A stretch of 64,000 nucleotides of DNA from a virus (Duplodnaviria > Caudoviricetes), in the IMG/VR virus record IMGVR_UViG_3300033121_001410, positions 6,679-70,678 of that record. One strand, written 5' to 3'. The first letter of the stretch is position 1, and the number at the start of each line of letters is the position of its first letter. The notes beneath the pieces were generated by a model that saw only the letters and a program-made list of their open reading frames with translations, was not told where the DNA came from and made no database searches. Shown here piece after piece: positions 28,301-37,233 of this stretch. The translations under genes were made by a program, and so were the position numbers.

Positions 28301-28678
28301 CCTCCTATTAAAGCAACCCCATATGCTACTCGTGAAAAACGAAATGAAAAGAGAAGGGTTGGAATGGGCGGGAGAGACAATTTATTAAATCCTGATTTTG
28401 CTCGTTCTTTGGATTACAATCGTTCACAATCTCTTTATGATATTACAGATGAAGAATACATGAGTAAATCGATAAAAGAACAAGTAGACGAAGAAGAAAT
28501 CAGAAAGTCTTTAGGAGTAATTCCTGACTTTTCTCATGAAATGAAATCCATTTTCAAGAAAATGGAATCTAAGTTTCCTAGAAAGAAAATGGAGATTTTA
28601 TCAGAGGAAATTGATAAAAAATTAGATGAAGAGTTTGAAAACAAAGACATTCTTGAAGAAATTGATATAAAAATATAA
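25361..28678 (+). CDS. Portal protein (T4 gp20-like) with intein
   Basis: RYSEF/SEMEYVPEIATALNIYADE, KYGDFF, IEDAMLTYRIVRSPERRVFYIDVGN, EDYFIPVR, DVEYIQKKLF.AL.IP; spliced length 667 aa. Confidence 0.95.
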   Translation: MAEKNQQDVFYKRLTSLFRSGPAIQRKIKGQDYKNYYDKSLLQNNLGYRSMSPFGKESSPFSVLGAYGILDRISRYSEFCFHPETLVYTTDGAFTIAELSEKYKNGEIFHVYCYNHTTKKIDISTAHHPRITKDGENQKLIKITFDDGGHVITTLDHKFLLRDGSYIEAKDLEVNTSLMPFYMRKYTGDYHQIYEINKTNNSYGWKPEHVMVAEYFAKRNLNDDEVVHHIDFNPENNSITNLKIMNVYEHKKYHAQLNNKNKLNKQNKNISNYMKNNNPVKRNDITLANIFDTAVSVNFSLNKTMNILKADANVIKRRLREVGYENWINFREDKESLQKIRIASKIVHEMRDINIDDILNEAKVSKTIYEAASKLNVTENNIRRKLKRFGYGTWSELKNNKKIYNSNSSKHTYDETLTYQKICDAFTNGMTIKQLSQKLNTTPNKIKTRLSNEGHESFVEWSNNYLNHKVLGVELLKEESIVYNITVDGAHNLAVGSLNPNNDKNKDRPYSMVICRQSEMEYVPEIATALNIYADETCASDEKGRAFHVFSENQDVRRELEDLFYDVLNVEFNLRAWTRNLVKYGDFFLFNEVLPEHGVVHASPIPVNEVEREEGWDKEDPYSIRFRWLTRGNKILENWQVTHFRILGNDLFLPYGSSVLEPARRIFRQLIMIEDAMLTYRIVRSPERRVFYIDVGNIAPNDIGSYMEAAKASLRSNSQIDRMNGRQDLRYNPVAIDEDYFIPVRGDAKSTRIESLAGGQHVSATEDVEYIQKKLFSALQIPRAYLGYDESVGSKSTLAQEDVRFSRTINILQKIIIAELNKLAMIHLYAKGFDGEDLINFELFLSNPSSVAVQQKLALWNDRFAIAGKALETGIVEQEWVQKEILGFTTEEVNRSKVKRKEDKLYMSELESIAVQAQKPRESTTDVFDTTNYNVPGSTVAKAPSSNANTQDLSDQEIIGAIRKFDYEGNIIKSETPPGVPPIKATPYATREKRNEKRRVGMGGRDNLLNPDFARSLDYNRSQSLYDITDEEYMSKSIKEQVDEEEIRKSLGVIPDFSHEMKSIFKKMESKFPRKKMEILSEEIDKKLDEEFENKDILEEIDIKI
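25598..26911 (+). mobile_element. Intein (438 aa) with HNH endonuclease and C-terminal Gln
   Basis: CFHPETLVYTTDG, TTLDHKF, VVHHIDFNPENNSITNL (HNH), VYNITVDGAHN, ends VICRQ/S. Confidence 0.88.
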
Positions 28679-28744
28679 TTATTTTTTAAAAACACATCAA
28701 ATAAAATCTATTTAGTTTGTAGTGATATATAACAAGGCTTAAAA

Positions 28745-29623
28745 ATGTTGCATCATAATAAAAAAAGAAATACTGGTCTGTTAAATGAGTTTTTTGCACG
28801 CCATATTGCAAAATGCATAGTAGAAAAAAACTATGATGGCGCAAACAAAGCAAAATCGTTGTATACAAAATATTTTGGGAATAATACTGAACTGTCAAAA
28901 GAAAATTATTTGTTCAATGTTTTGTACAATACAACAATTAGAAATAAATCTGTTGCGTCTTCTTTAATGGAAAAAGTAAAACATTCTTGCAGAAAACAAG
29001 ATAATGAAAGGCTTGATAGAGAAAAAACAAAGCTTATTCATGAAATAAATATCAACTTGCAAGATAGGGATTTTTTCTCATATAATGTAAATGATTTTAG
29101 AACACAAGCAACAATACAAGTTTTATTAAATAATTGGAGAGAAAATAAATTAAATGAAAATATCTCTGATATTGCAAAACTTGAAGACTCTTTATTGGAA
29201 CATTTAACAACAGAAAAACCAGAATTGATTAATGAAAACATTTTAGAAATGACAAATAGCGAAGTTGATTCCTTAGTTGTTTCTATAATGACAGAAAAGT
29301 TTAATGAACAATACGCTGAACAACTATCAGAAGAACAAAGAAGAATAATATCATCTTATGTTTTGTGTGAGCACAGCGAAGCTAGAAAAGAGCTTATAAA
29401 ATCATTAGAAAGCATTCGTACCAATACACTTAAATTGATTGATTTTGTCAATGAAAGAAAGAAAGTTGGCACAGAAAGCGTTGATGAACAATTGGGCAAA
29501 AAACTAACTGGTATTAAAAATCTCCTGTTGTCTGAGTATAAAGACACTTCTAGAATTAACGAAAACACAATTACTTTCTATATGAGATTAACAGAAATGC
29601 AAAAGGAACTTGAAAATGACTGA
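28745..29623 (+). CDS. Hypothetical head-module protein
   Basis: 292 aa between portal and protease; HNKKRNTG N-terminus; LNEN/INEN motifs. Confidence 0.75.
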   Translation: MLHHNKKRNTGLLNEFFARHIAKCIVEKNYDGANKAKSLYTKYFGNNTELSKENYLFNVLYNTTIRNKSVASSLMEKVKHSCRKQDNERLDREKTKLIHEININLQDRDFFSYNVNDFRTQATIQVLLNNWRENKLNENISDIAKLEDSLLEHLTTEKPELINENILEMTNSEVDSLVVSIMTEKFNEQYAEQLSEEQRRIISSYVLCEHSEARKELIKSLESIRTNTLKLIDFVNERKKVGTESVDEQLGKKLTGIKNLLLSEYKDTSRINENTITFYMRLTEMQKELEND

Positions 29624-31310
29624 AGAAAATAAACTTTATCTGTTAAAAGAAACCGCTGAGTTCAACTTTGTAAATGAAGTTGATGAAAACGGCAAAAAGA
29701 AAGTGTCGCCATACGGCAACATGATTGTAAAGGGTATTTTGCAAAAGGCAAACACCGTCAATCAAAATGGTCGTATTTATCCAAAAGATGTTTTACAAAG
29801 AGAAATAGAAAACTATAGAAAACTTATCAAAGAAAGACGTGCTCTTGGCGAATGTGTAGATAGAGAGACAGAAATCTATACAAAAGATGGATGGAAATAT
29901 ATTAAAGATATTTCTTCTACAGAAGAAATCTATACTCTTAACCTTAAAAGCAATGAAATTGAACTACAAAAAATTGATAGAAAAATTGAATTAGATTTTG
30001 ATGGAGAATTGGTTTGTATAAAAAATAATCGCAGTATTGATATGGTATTAACCCCAAATCATTCTGTTGTATTTTGGGATAGAAAAGGTGAACAATATAA
30101 ATTGTTAGCTGAATCTGTATCTGAATTGATAAACAAAAACAATTCATTTATTATGCATTCTAAGTTTTCAAATAAGGGCATTTGGAAAGGAAACAATCAA
30201 GAAACATTCACAATACCAGAAACTGATATAACCATGCCTATAAAAACATGGGCAGGTTTGTTTGGTCTTTGGATTGCTGAAGGTCATGTCCATGGTTCAA
30301 AAGGCGCGGTAAAGAAAAAAAATCTTGTAGCAATAACTCAAAAGAAAGAAAATAATATTGATTTAATAAAAGATCTTTTGAGCAAAACTGGCATCGATTG
30401 GAAAGTTAGTATAAGAAAAGATGGGACTCATCAATTTTATATAATTGATAAAAATATTCATTCTTATTTCAAGCAATTTGGCAATTCATCATCAAAGTTT
30501 ATTCCAAAAGAGTTTCTTTCGTGGACACCAGAAGTTCTTGGTGAAATGTTATCTTGGATGTTATTAGGCGATGGTCGTAATCGTCTATCAAGAAATCGAG
30601 AATTAATAAGAGAATATTGTACTGTATCAGAACAACTTTCAAAAGATGTTGAAGAAATATTTTTTAAGATTGGTTCTTCTGCAAAAATTAATAAAAGAGT
30701 TCAAAAAGATTCGTGCATTAATGGCAGAGTTATATCTAAAGATGATCAAAAATTGCTTTACATTGTTTCAGAATGGAAATCAGATCCATATATTTCAAAA
30801 TATGTTTCATCTGAAACAGTAAAATATAATGATAAAGTATATTGTGTCACTGTTCAAAACGGCACTTGGCTCATGAGAAGAAATGGCAAAACTGCCTGGA
30901 CAGGAAATTGTGACCACGCAGAGGAACCAGTTGTTAATTTAAAACACACTTCTCATGTTATTACAGATGTATGGTGGGAAGGCGATGTTGTTATGGGACA
31001 AATTGAAATACTTGAAGGAATGGACCAAGGGCGTCAAGTAAAAACTCTTTTTGAGAACGGAATCAAAGTAGGTATTTCTTCAAGAGCAATTGGTTCAGTA
31101 AAGACAATTAATGGAATCCATTATGTTCAAGATGATTTACAATTAATCTGTTGGGATTTCGTTTCTGAACCTTCAACTCCTGGCGCATTCATGTTTCAAG
31201 AAGCAAGACTATTGTCAAGAGAAGAATTGAGAAAGATACAAGATTCTTGCACAAAAACAGATCGTTTAAATCGAATTGCAAATGAAATATTGGGCATTAA
31301 AAAAATATGA
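29616..31310 (+). CDS. Prohead core protease (T4 gp21-like) with intein
   Basis: GILQKANTVNQNGRIYP, ALGE/CDH, GISSRAIGS, WDFVSEPSTPGAF; spliced length about 212 aa; ATG after AAGGA. Confidence 0.93.
   Translation: MTEENKLYLLKETAEFNFVNEVDENGKKKVSPYGNMIVKGILQKANTVNQNGRIYPKDVLQREIENYRKLIKERRALGECVDRETEIYTKDGWKYIKDISSTEEIYTLNLKSNEIELQKIDRKIELDFDGELVCIKNNRSIDMVLTPNHSVVFWDRKGEQYKLLAESVSELINKNNSFIMHSKFSNKGIWKGNNQETFTIPETDITMPIKTWAGLFGLWIAEGHVHGSKGAVKKKNLVAITQKKENNIDLIKDLLSKTGIDWKVSIRKDGTHQFYIIDKNIHSYFKQFGNSSSKFIPKEFLSWTPEVLGEMLSWMLLGDGRNRLSRNRELIREYCTVSEQLSKDVEEIFFKIGSSAKINKRVQKDSCINGRVISKDDQKLLYIVSEWKSDPYISKYVSSETVKYNDKVYCVTVQNGTWLMRRNGKTAWTGNCDHAEEPVVNLKHTSHVITDVWWEGDVVMGQIEILEGMDQGRQVKTLFENGIKVGISSRAIGSVKTINGIHYVQDDLQLICWDFVSEPSTPGAFMFQEARLLSREELRKIQDSCTKTDRLNRIANEILGIKKI
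29853..30908 (+). mobile_element. Intein (352 aa, LAGLIDADG) in prohead protease
   Basis: CVDRETEIYTKDGW, LTPNH, FGLWIAEG, MLLGDG, VYCVTVQNG..WTGN/C. Confidence 0.92.
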
Positions 31311-31705
31311 AAATGAATAAATCAGAGTTCAAAAAGTATTTAAAAGAATGCGTCGCTGAATTGATTTCAGAAGGCGCGTTTGATAATAAAATTGAAAAGC
31401 TTGTAGAATCTAAAATTAAATCTGGAAAAATAATGATCTCTGAAAATGGTGTAGGCGGCAAGCCAAAACCTTCAAGAGAAGAATTGACGAAAATGTTAGT
31501 TGGAAACGTTGTTAGTCCAGGTTCAAAGTTTGCAGATATTATTTCTCAAACCGCAAGCGAAAGATTGCCAGAAATATTAAATGAACAAGCCGCCCCAAAT
31601 CAAATTGAAGAAGTGGAAGATCAGGAGCAATTAAATGCTTTGGCGGGCGGAAATATGAAACGTTGGGCAATGGCTGCATTTCCTAAAGCAAAATCAAGGG
31701 AATAA
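31307..31705 (+). CDS. Hypothetical head-associated protein
   Basis: 132 aa; LKECVAELISE leader; LVES, ISEN, LNEQ motifs. Confidence 0.65.
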   Translation: MKMNKSEFKKYLKECVAELISEGAFDNKIEKLVESKIKSGKIMISENGVGGKPKPSREELTKMLVGNVVSPGSKFADIISQTASERLPEILNEQAAPNQIEEVEDQEQLNALAGGNMKRWAMAAFPKAKSRE

Positions 31706-31749
31706 TATAAAATAGATAATATTTATGTTTTGAACAATAAGGAATTAAT

Positions 31750-32229
31750 ATGCCTACACATAAGCAAATAAAAGTGGAACCACCAGTCAGAACCTATAAA
31801 TTAGGTAGCTCAGATACAGGCGATCTCAAAACTATTTATCCAGGATCACCAGTAAACGATGGATCATTAACAGATAAGATTGTTGAGACAATGTTTGAAG
31901 ACATGAATCAAGCACCTGTATTATCTGATGGCGGTCATACATTTGGCACAGTAAATAGAGATTATCAAGATGCTCCAAATCTTGAAGAGGTAAAAACAGG
32001 CGGCGGTGGTTTGCCAGGTTCTCCATATGCACCAAACGTTGCTGTAGCTCCTACAGATCCTCATAATCCAAAGGGCATTCCTGCTGCTGGCGCAGAAGTT
32101 ACTCAAAAACGTCAAGGTGGCGGTGGATATGGTGTTGGTAATGGACTTGAATCTCCTAGCAAAACATCAGAAAAAATTGGTAAAAGACGCCTTGGTGATT
32201 TAATTTTCGGGAAATCTACTAAAGAGTGA
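31750..32229 (+). CDS. Hypothetical, likely structural (G/P-rich)
   Basis: 159 aa, AAGGA SD, TATTTA upstream. Confidence 0.65.
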   Translation: MPTHKQIKVEPPVRTYKLGSSDTGDLKTIYPGSPVNDGSLTDKIVETMFEDMNQAPVLSDGGHTFGTVNRDYQDAPNLEEVKTGGGGLPGSPYAPNVAVAPTDPHNPKGIPAAGAEVTQKRQGGGGYGVGNGLESPSKTSEKIGKRRLGDLIFGKSTKE

Positions 32230-32252
32230 ATTAATTAGAAATTGAGGTAAAA

Positions 32253-34442
32253 ATGAGTGAGCTTTTTAAACAAGCAGTGCTAGAAGCACAAAAACTAAAG
32301 GAAGCTGCCGAAATTGATGCAAAAAATAAAGTAATTGCAGCAGTTGCGCCATATATTAAAAAAGTTATTTCAGAACAAGTTTCTGGCGTTAGCGAAAAAG
32401 AACAATTTTTGTTCCAAGAAGAAGAAGCAGATGGAGAAGTTCCGGTTCTTAATTCGTCCGATGCTCCATTGTCTGACAATTCTTCATTGCCAATTACTCC
32501 AATTGGTGGAAACATTTTGGATCTACCAATGCCAGATAATGAAGGAAAAATCACAGTTGATTTTGGACAATTATTTCAAATAGGCAATAAAGAAACTGGC
32601 GGGCCAGTTGTGGCACCATCAGCCGGATCATTATCAACAAGTCCAGAGCAAGCTCCAGTTGCTCCAATAGCACCAGAAACTCCAGTTTCTACAGCGGCTC
32701 CAGTTGCACCAGAAATGCCAGCAGAAACAAATCCTTCTGCTCTAGCACCAGAAGTTGCACCAGTTGCTTCTACAGAAGCTCCTGCACCTTTACCAACCGA
32801 ACCAGAAAGTGAATTGCAACCAGCAGCACAACCACTTGCAGAAAGTGCTCTAGTTGAATCATTTAAAAAAGAAGTTGGATTAGTTGCAGAAAAGATTGGA
32901 TATGTCTATTTTAGAAAATCAATTCCAACTTTAGTAAAAGAATCAATAAAGAGCAAACTATTTACATTATGTGAAAATCTTGATTTATTAGAGGAAAAAT
33001 GCATTATTTCACCAAAACAAGCACGTTTAGCCGAAAATAAATTAGATTTTTTGTATAAAAAACTGGAAGAAGCAAACGAAGCAAATATTTATGAATCAAT
33101 AGAAGGAGACACCATGTCACAAAGACTTGAAGAATTCGCAGCAAAATTATTTGAAGAAGACGCATTAGGACCAGCAACAGCAGACAAAGCTGCTGACCAT
33201 GCAAAAAAAACATCAGGCGTTAAAGACGACGTTGATCTTATGAAAGAAGAATTGTTGGGAGAAGGTGCTCCTGCTTCATCTGCTTTTGGTGATGGTGAAG
33301 AAGCAAAAGGTGCTCAAACCGCAAGCCCAGCAGTACACGACGCTGACGCTCTTGCAAAAGAAAAAGGTGACAATACAATCGCAGAAAGTGCTCCTGCTTC
33401 ATCTGCTTTTGGTGATGGCGAAAAAGCCAAGGGTGCTCAAACCGCAAGCCCAGCCGTTCATGATGCCGGCGCACTTGCTGATGAAGAAGGCGACAATGTA
33501 ATTCTTGAAGTTAGTGACACTGAATTACAAGAAGAAATCCGTAAATTACGTAAAGAATCAATTGCTCGCAAAGTCCGTGCTCTCCGCGAAGGTGCAAAAC
33601 TTGATGACAAAAAAGCTGATGAAGAAGATGTAGGTTGGCAAGAAGGCGAACCAGAAAAGAAAGCTTCAGAAGCACACAAAACAGTTGCCTCAACCAAAGT
33701 AAAAACAGAAGCTAAGGCAATTAAAGAATGTGGCATGGAAGAAGAAGGTTTAGCACATGCAGATGTTGTTGATGTTGATACAGATGCTTCAGACGAAGTA
33801 GAATTAACATTTAAAGTAAACCTTAAAGATCTTGAAGCATTACTTGCTGATGCAGAAGATGGCGAAGCCGAAATTGATTTGAGCGGCGATGTAGCTGGTC
33901 ATGAAGTAGCCGACGACGAAGACGAAATTGAAATCGTTGATGATTCCTCAGAAGAAGAGGGAGAAGAAGGCGAAGAAGAAGAAGAAGAAACAGAAGAAGA
34001 AGGAAAAGATCATTCAAACAAGATGCTTATGGACAAAGAAGCATATATGAATGAAAACAGAAAATCACCAAAGGCTGCAAAGCCTTTGAATGAAGCTCAA
34101 AAGGCTTTAAGTGGGCTTAAAGCACAACTAGTTGAAAGTCAACTTTTGACTGCAAAGGCCCTTTATTTAAACAAGTTCTCGATGAGAGAAGACCTTTCAA
34201 GAAAACAAAAGCAAAAAATTGCTGAGTACCTTGATGGTGCGACCACGCTTGCCGAAGCCAAGGAAACATACGCCAAAATAAAGCGTATCCTTGACGAAGC
34301 ACAAACATCCAAGAAACATTCAGGTTCCTCAGCCAAACCTGTTGGTTCTGGAAGCTCACAAATAATCAAGGAAAACGCTGGTGACAATTTGGTCGAATCG
34401 AGCCGTTGGGCATTATTGGCTGGTATCAAAAACAAAAAGTGA
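32253..34442 (+). CDS. Prohead core/scaffold protein
   Basis: Acidic 729 aa immediately before MCP; N-terminal EAQKLKEAA..AKNK; Pro/Ala-rich and poly-Glu tracts; many (I/L)xE motifs. Confidence 0.75.
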   Translation: MSELFKQAVLEAQKLKEAAEIDAKNKVIAAVAPYIKKVISEQVSGVSEKEQFLFQEEEADGEVPVLNSSDAPLSDNSSLPITPIGGNILDLPMPDNEGKITVDFGQLFQIGNKETGGPVVAPSAGSLSTSPEQAPVAPIAPETPVSTAAPVAPEMPAETNPSALAPEVAPVASTEAPAPLPTEPESELQPAAQPLAESALVESFKKEVGLVAEKIGYVYFRKSIPTLVKESIKSKLFTLCENLDLLEEKCIISPKQARLAENKLDFLYKKLEEANEANIYESIEGDTMSQRLEEFAAKLFEEDALGPATADKAADHAKKTSGVKDDVDLMKEELLGEGAPASSAFGDGEEAKGAQTASPAVHDADALAKEKGDNTIAESAPASSAFGDGEKAKGAQTASPAVHDAGALADEEGDNVILEVSDTELQEEIRKLRKESIARKVRALREGAKLDDKKADEEDVGWQEGEPEKKASEAHKTVASTKVKTEAKAIKECGMEEEGLAHADVVDVDTDASDEVELTFKVNLKDLEALLADAEDGEAEIDLSGDVAGHEVADDEDEIEIVDDSSEEEGEEGEEEEEETEEEGKDHSNKMLMDKEAYMNENRKSPKAAKPLNEAQKALSGLKAQLVESQLLTAKALYLNKFSMREDLSRKQKQKIAEYLDGATTLAEAKETYAKIKRILDEAQTSKKHSGSSAKPVGSGSSQIIKENAGDNLVESSRWALLAGIKNKK
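33261..33506 (+). repeat. Tandem 123-bp (41 aa) duplication in scaffold
   Basis: APASSAFGDGE.AKGAQTASPAVHDA.ALA.E.GDN twice, units start 33261 and 33384. Confidence 0.92.
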
Positions 34443-34471
34443 AAGTAAAAAAAGTAAAGGGAAAAGTTAAA

Positions 34472-36382
34472 ATGGCACAATTTTCATTAAATAAGTTAAT
34501 GCTTGAAGACGTAAAACGTCAATCATTAGGCGCTGATATGCCACGCATTTCATCCAAATGGGAAAAGACAGGCTTGCTTGAAGGTCTTCGTGGAAACGGT
34601 AAAGACACAATGGCTCGTCTTCTTGAAAACCAATGTGTGGAACTCTTGAAAGAATCTAACGGTCTTTCAACTGGTGGTGCAAACCTTGTTTCATCCGGTC
34701 AAGTTGCTGGATTCACAAACGTTGCATTCCCAATCGTTCGCAGAGTTTTCGCTGGCTTAATTGCTAACGAAGTTGTAAGCGTACAACCAATGAGCTTACC
34801 ATCAGGTCTTTTGTTCTACCTTGATTACACATACGGTTCAAACGTAGGTGGAAATGCAGGCGTAAACCTTAGCACCTCAGCAACAGCAGAAACCTATGCA
34901 AAGGGTCAATCAGTTTATAACAATCCAGCCGGCGCAGGAATCCGTTCAGGTTCACTTGCAACTGGTGGTCAATATGACCTTGTTGGAACTGGTTATTCAA
35001 AGGTTCACAAAAACGCTCTTACAATCGCTGGTTCAACAGATGCAGTCGGTTATTGGGCATCAGGATCCATCTGGACCGCTGCTGGCGTAGTCGCTTCTAA
35101 CACCGATTTCGTTGGATACAATGCTCGTTTCGCAGGATTCGACGCAACTGTTTCAACTGATCTTGCAAATAGCGCACTTGATTATTGCTTCGTCCACATC
35201 TCAGCTTCTGAGTTTACCTCAAAGATTGGTGGAGCCGACCTTAATTCAGTTGAACAAATTGCACTTTTCGGTTTCGGTAGCGCAGTAAACAGCGCACTTG
35301 ATTGGGGAGCAGCTTATCAACAAGGTACAAACGTATTAAATCTTCGTAAGTACAATAAGCGTGGTAATTTCAATCCAATCACTGGTATCTTCTCACCAGA
35401 TCCATTCAATGGTTCACATATCCAATTCGTTGTCAAAGTTGCAAACGGCGGAACAGCACCAGCACCAGCAGGTTCAGCTACAACCTCAGTTTCAGCATCA
35501 GCAGCAATTGCAGATTCACTCTCAGTAAACAGCGATGGTTCAACTCTTACAATTCCATCATTCGAAACTGATTTCAACTATGACGCATCACCAAAGATCC
35601 CAGACGTTGACATTAAGATCGAATCAGTCTCCGTAACAGCAACCACACGTAAGTTGAGAGCACGTTGGTCACCAGAAATGGCACAAGACCTTACAGCATA
35701 TTTCAACATCGACGTTGAAGTTGAGCTTACAAACATCTTGTCAGAAATGATCACCCTCGAAATCGATCGTGAAATCCTTAATGACCTTGTTTCACAAGCT
35801 ACTGCTGCAAACTACTACTGGTCACGCGCCATTGGTAAGATGGTTAACAAGTACACTGGTGCAGAAGCACTTCACACCAATGTTCTTTCACCAGGTCCAA
35901 CAGCATACGTAAATGCTCAAGAATGGTATCAAACCTTACTTGAAACAATCACAGATGCTGCTAACACCATCTACAAGAAGACACTTCGTGGTTCAGGAAA
36001 CTTCATTGTAACCTCACCATCAGTCTGCACAATGTTTGAACATCTTAATACCTACAAGGCTTCATTCAAGATCGATTCAGACGGCCAAGTTTCAAATAAC
36101 ATGGCAATTGGCGCAGAAGCAGTTGGTAACCTTAACAACCGTTATGTTGTTTACAAGGATCCATATTTCCCAGAGAACAAGATTCTTATCGGTCTCAAGG
36201 GCAATACCTTCCTTGAAACAGGCTACATCTACGCTCCATACGTACCACTTATCTTGACACCAGTCATTTATGGAACCGAAGACTTCGTTCCTCGACGCGG
36301 AATAATGACCCGATACGGAAAGAAGATGGTTCGCTCCGACTTCTACGCAACAGTCACAGTTATGGACATGAACGTCATATAA
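34472..36382 (+). CDS. Major capsid protein (T4 gp23-like), 636 aa
   Basis: MARLLENQ, FPIVRRVF..LIANEVVSVQPMSLPSG, TRKLRARWSPE.AQDL, EIDREIL, GYIYAPYVPL, RGIMTRYG; ATG 34472. Confidence 0.97.
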   Translation: MAQFSLNKLMLEDVKRQSLGADMPRISSKWEKTGLLEGLRGNGKDTMARLLENQCVELLKESNGLSTGGANLVSSGQVAGFTNVAFPIVRRVFAGLIANEVVSVQPMSLPSGLLFYLDYTYGSNVGGNAGVNLSTSATAETYAKGQSVYNNPAGAGIRSGSLATGGQYDLVGTGYSKVHKNALTIAGSTDAVGYWASGSIWTAAGVVASNTDFVGYNARFAGFDATVSTDLANSALDYCFVHISASEFTSKIGGADLNSVEQIALFGFGSAVNSALDWGAAYQQGTNVLNLRKYNKRGNFNPITGIFSPDPFNGSHIQFVVKVANGGTAPAPAGSATTSVSASAAIADSLSVNSDGSTLTIPSFETDFNYDASPKIPDVDIKIESVSVTATTRKLRARWSPEMAQDLTAYFNIDVEVELTNILSEMITLEIDREILNDLVSQATAANYYWSRAIGKMVNKYTGAEALHTNVLSPGPTAYVNAQEWYQTLLETITDAANTIYKKTLRGSGNFIVTSPSVCTMFEHLNTYKASFKIDSDGQVSNNMAIGAEAVGNLNNRYVVYKDPYFPENKILIGLKGNTFLETGYIYAPYVPLILTPVIYGTEDFVPRRGIMTRYGKKMVRSDFYATVTVMDMNVI

Positions 36383-36406
36383 TATAAAATAACATAATAA
36401 ATCTTA

Positions 36407-36441
36407 AAGAAAAGAGAGGCTTTGCCTCTCTTTTCTTTTTT
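36407..36441 (+). terminator. Intrinsic (bidirectional-type) terminator after MCP
   Basis: AAGAAAAGAGAGGC-TTT-GCCTCTCTTTTCTT 14-bp stem plus T run. Confidence 0.85.
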
Positions 36442-36473
36442 ACATTTTAATAAATTATTTAGTAAACTTTGTT

Positions 36474-37154
36474 ATGAAAACAGACCTAGAAAATTATAAT
36501 TTTAATAAAAATGGAGGAATATATTTTATAAAAAATATTGCAAATAATAGAATATATGTTGGCTCTACTTTGTTTTTTCGTAAAAGATTTTTTGTTCATT
36601 TAAAAAGTTTAAAAAATAATAAACACATTAATTCATTTTTACAAAACGATTTTAATAAATGTGGAGAAAAATCGTTTATATTTGAAATTGTATGTGTTAT
36701 TAAAAACAAAAAAGAAATGTTGTTAAAAGAACAAGAATATATTAACTTGTTTTATGACAATCAAAAAAATTGTTATAATTTTAGAAAAACAGTTATTGAA
36801 GATAGATATCAAAAAAAACAAAAAAACACTACTAATCATGAATTAGATAAAAGATGTAAAAAACGAACAGAAGAACAAAAGAAACAGATGAGTAAAATTA
36901 TACGTGACTTTATAGAAGAAAACCCAGAACATATAAAAAATATTTCTAATAAAATGAAAAACATTTGGGCTATAAGAAATAAACACAAATCATATTGTTT
37001 TATTAAAATTGATACAAATGAAGAAATTGTTGTTTTTGGTTCTTTAAGAGAGTATGCAATAAATAATAATTTAAATTATAAAGCACTTCATCTTTTAGTT
37101 CGCGGAAAACATGAAACATCTCAAGGGTTAAGGTTAAAAAAACCTAATGATTAA
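36474..37154 (+). CDS. GIY-YIG homing endonuclease
   Basis: GGIYFIKNIANNRIYVGS, RF..HL..L..NKH.N.FLQNDFNK, EQ.YI, YN. Confidence 0.88.
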   Translation: MKTDLENYNFNKNGGIYFIKNIANNRIYVGSTLFFRKRFFVHLKSLKNNKHINSFLQNDFNKCGEKSFIFEIVCVIKNKKEMLLKEQEYINLFYDNQKNCYNFRKTVIEDRYQKKQKNTTNHELDKRCKKRTEEQKKQMSKIIRDFIEENPEHIKNISNKMKNIWAIRNKHKSYCFIKIDTNEEIVVFGSLREYAINNNLNYKALHLLVRGKHETSQGLRLKKPND

Positions 37155-37176
37155 GGAGGCTTCGGCCTCCTTTTTT
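37153..37176 (+). terminator. Intrinsic terminator with C(UUCG)G tetraloop
   Basis: AAGGAGGC-TTCG-GCCTCCTT-TTTT. Confidence 0.85.
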
Positions 37177-37201
37177 ATTTGTATTTTTTAAACAAATGAA
37201 C

Positions 37202-37229
37202 TTGCTATTGTTTAAACTTGTGATATAAT
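37202..37229 (+). promoter_or_regulatory. Sigma70-like promoter
   Basis: TTGCTA-16 nt-TATAAT with TG extension. Confidence 0.6.
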
Positions 37230-37233
37230 CTAT

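Noticed and set aside
33951-34004. GAA-rich repeat as a regulatory or phase-variable element
   Set aside because: Simply encodes the poly-Glu tract of the scaffold
32231-36257. Many short alternative-frame and antisense ORFs over scaffold and MCP
   Set aside because: Shadows of biased codon usage with no motifs or RBS; the same applies over groEL and the sheaths
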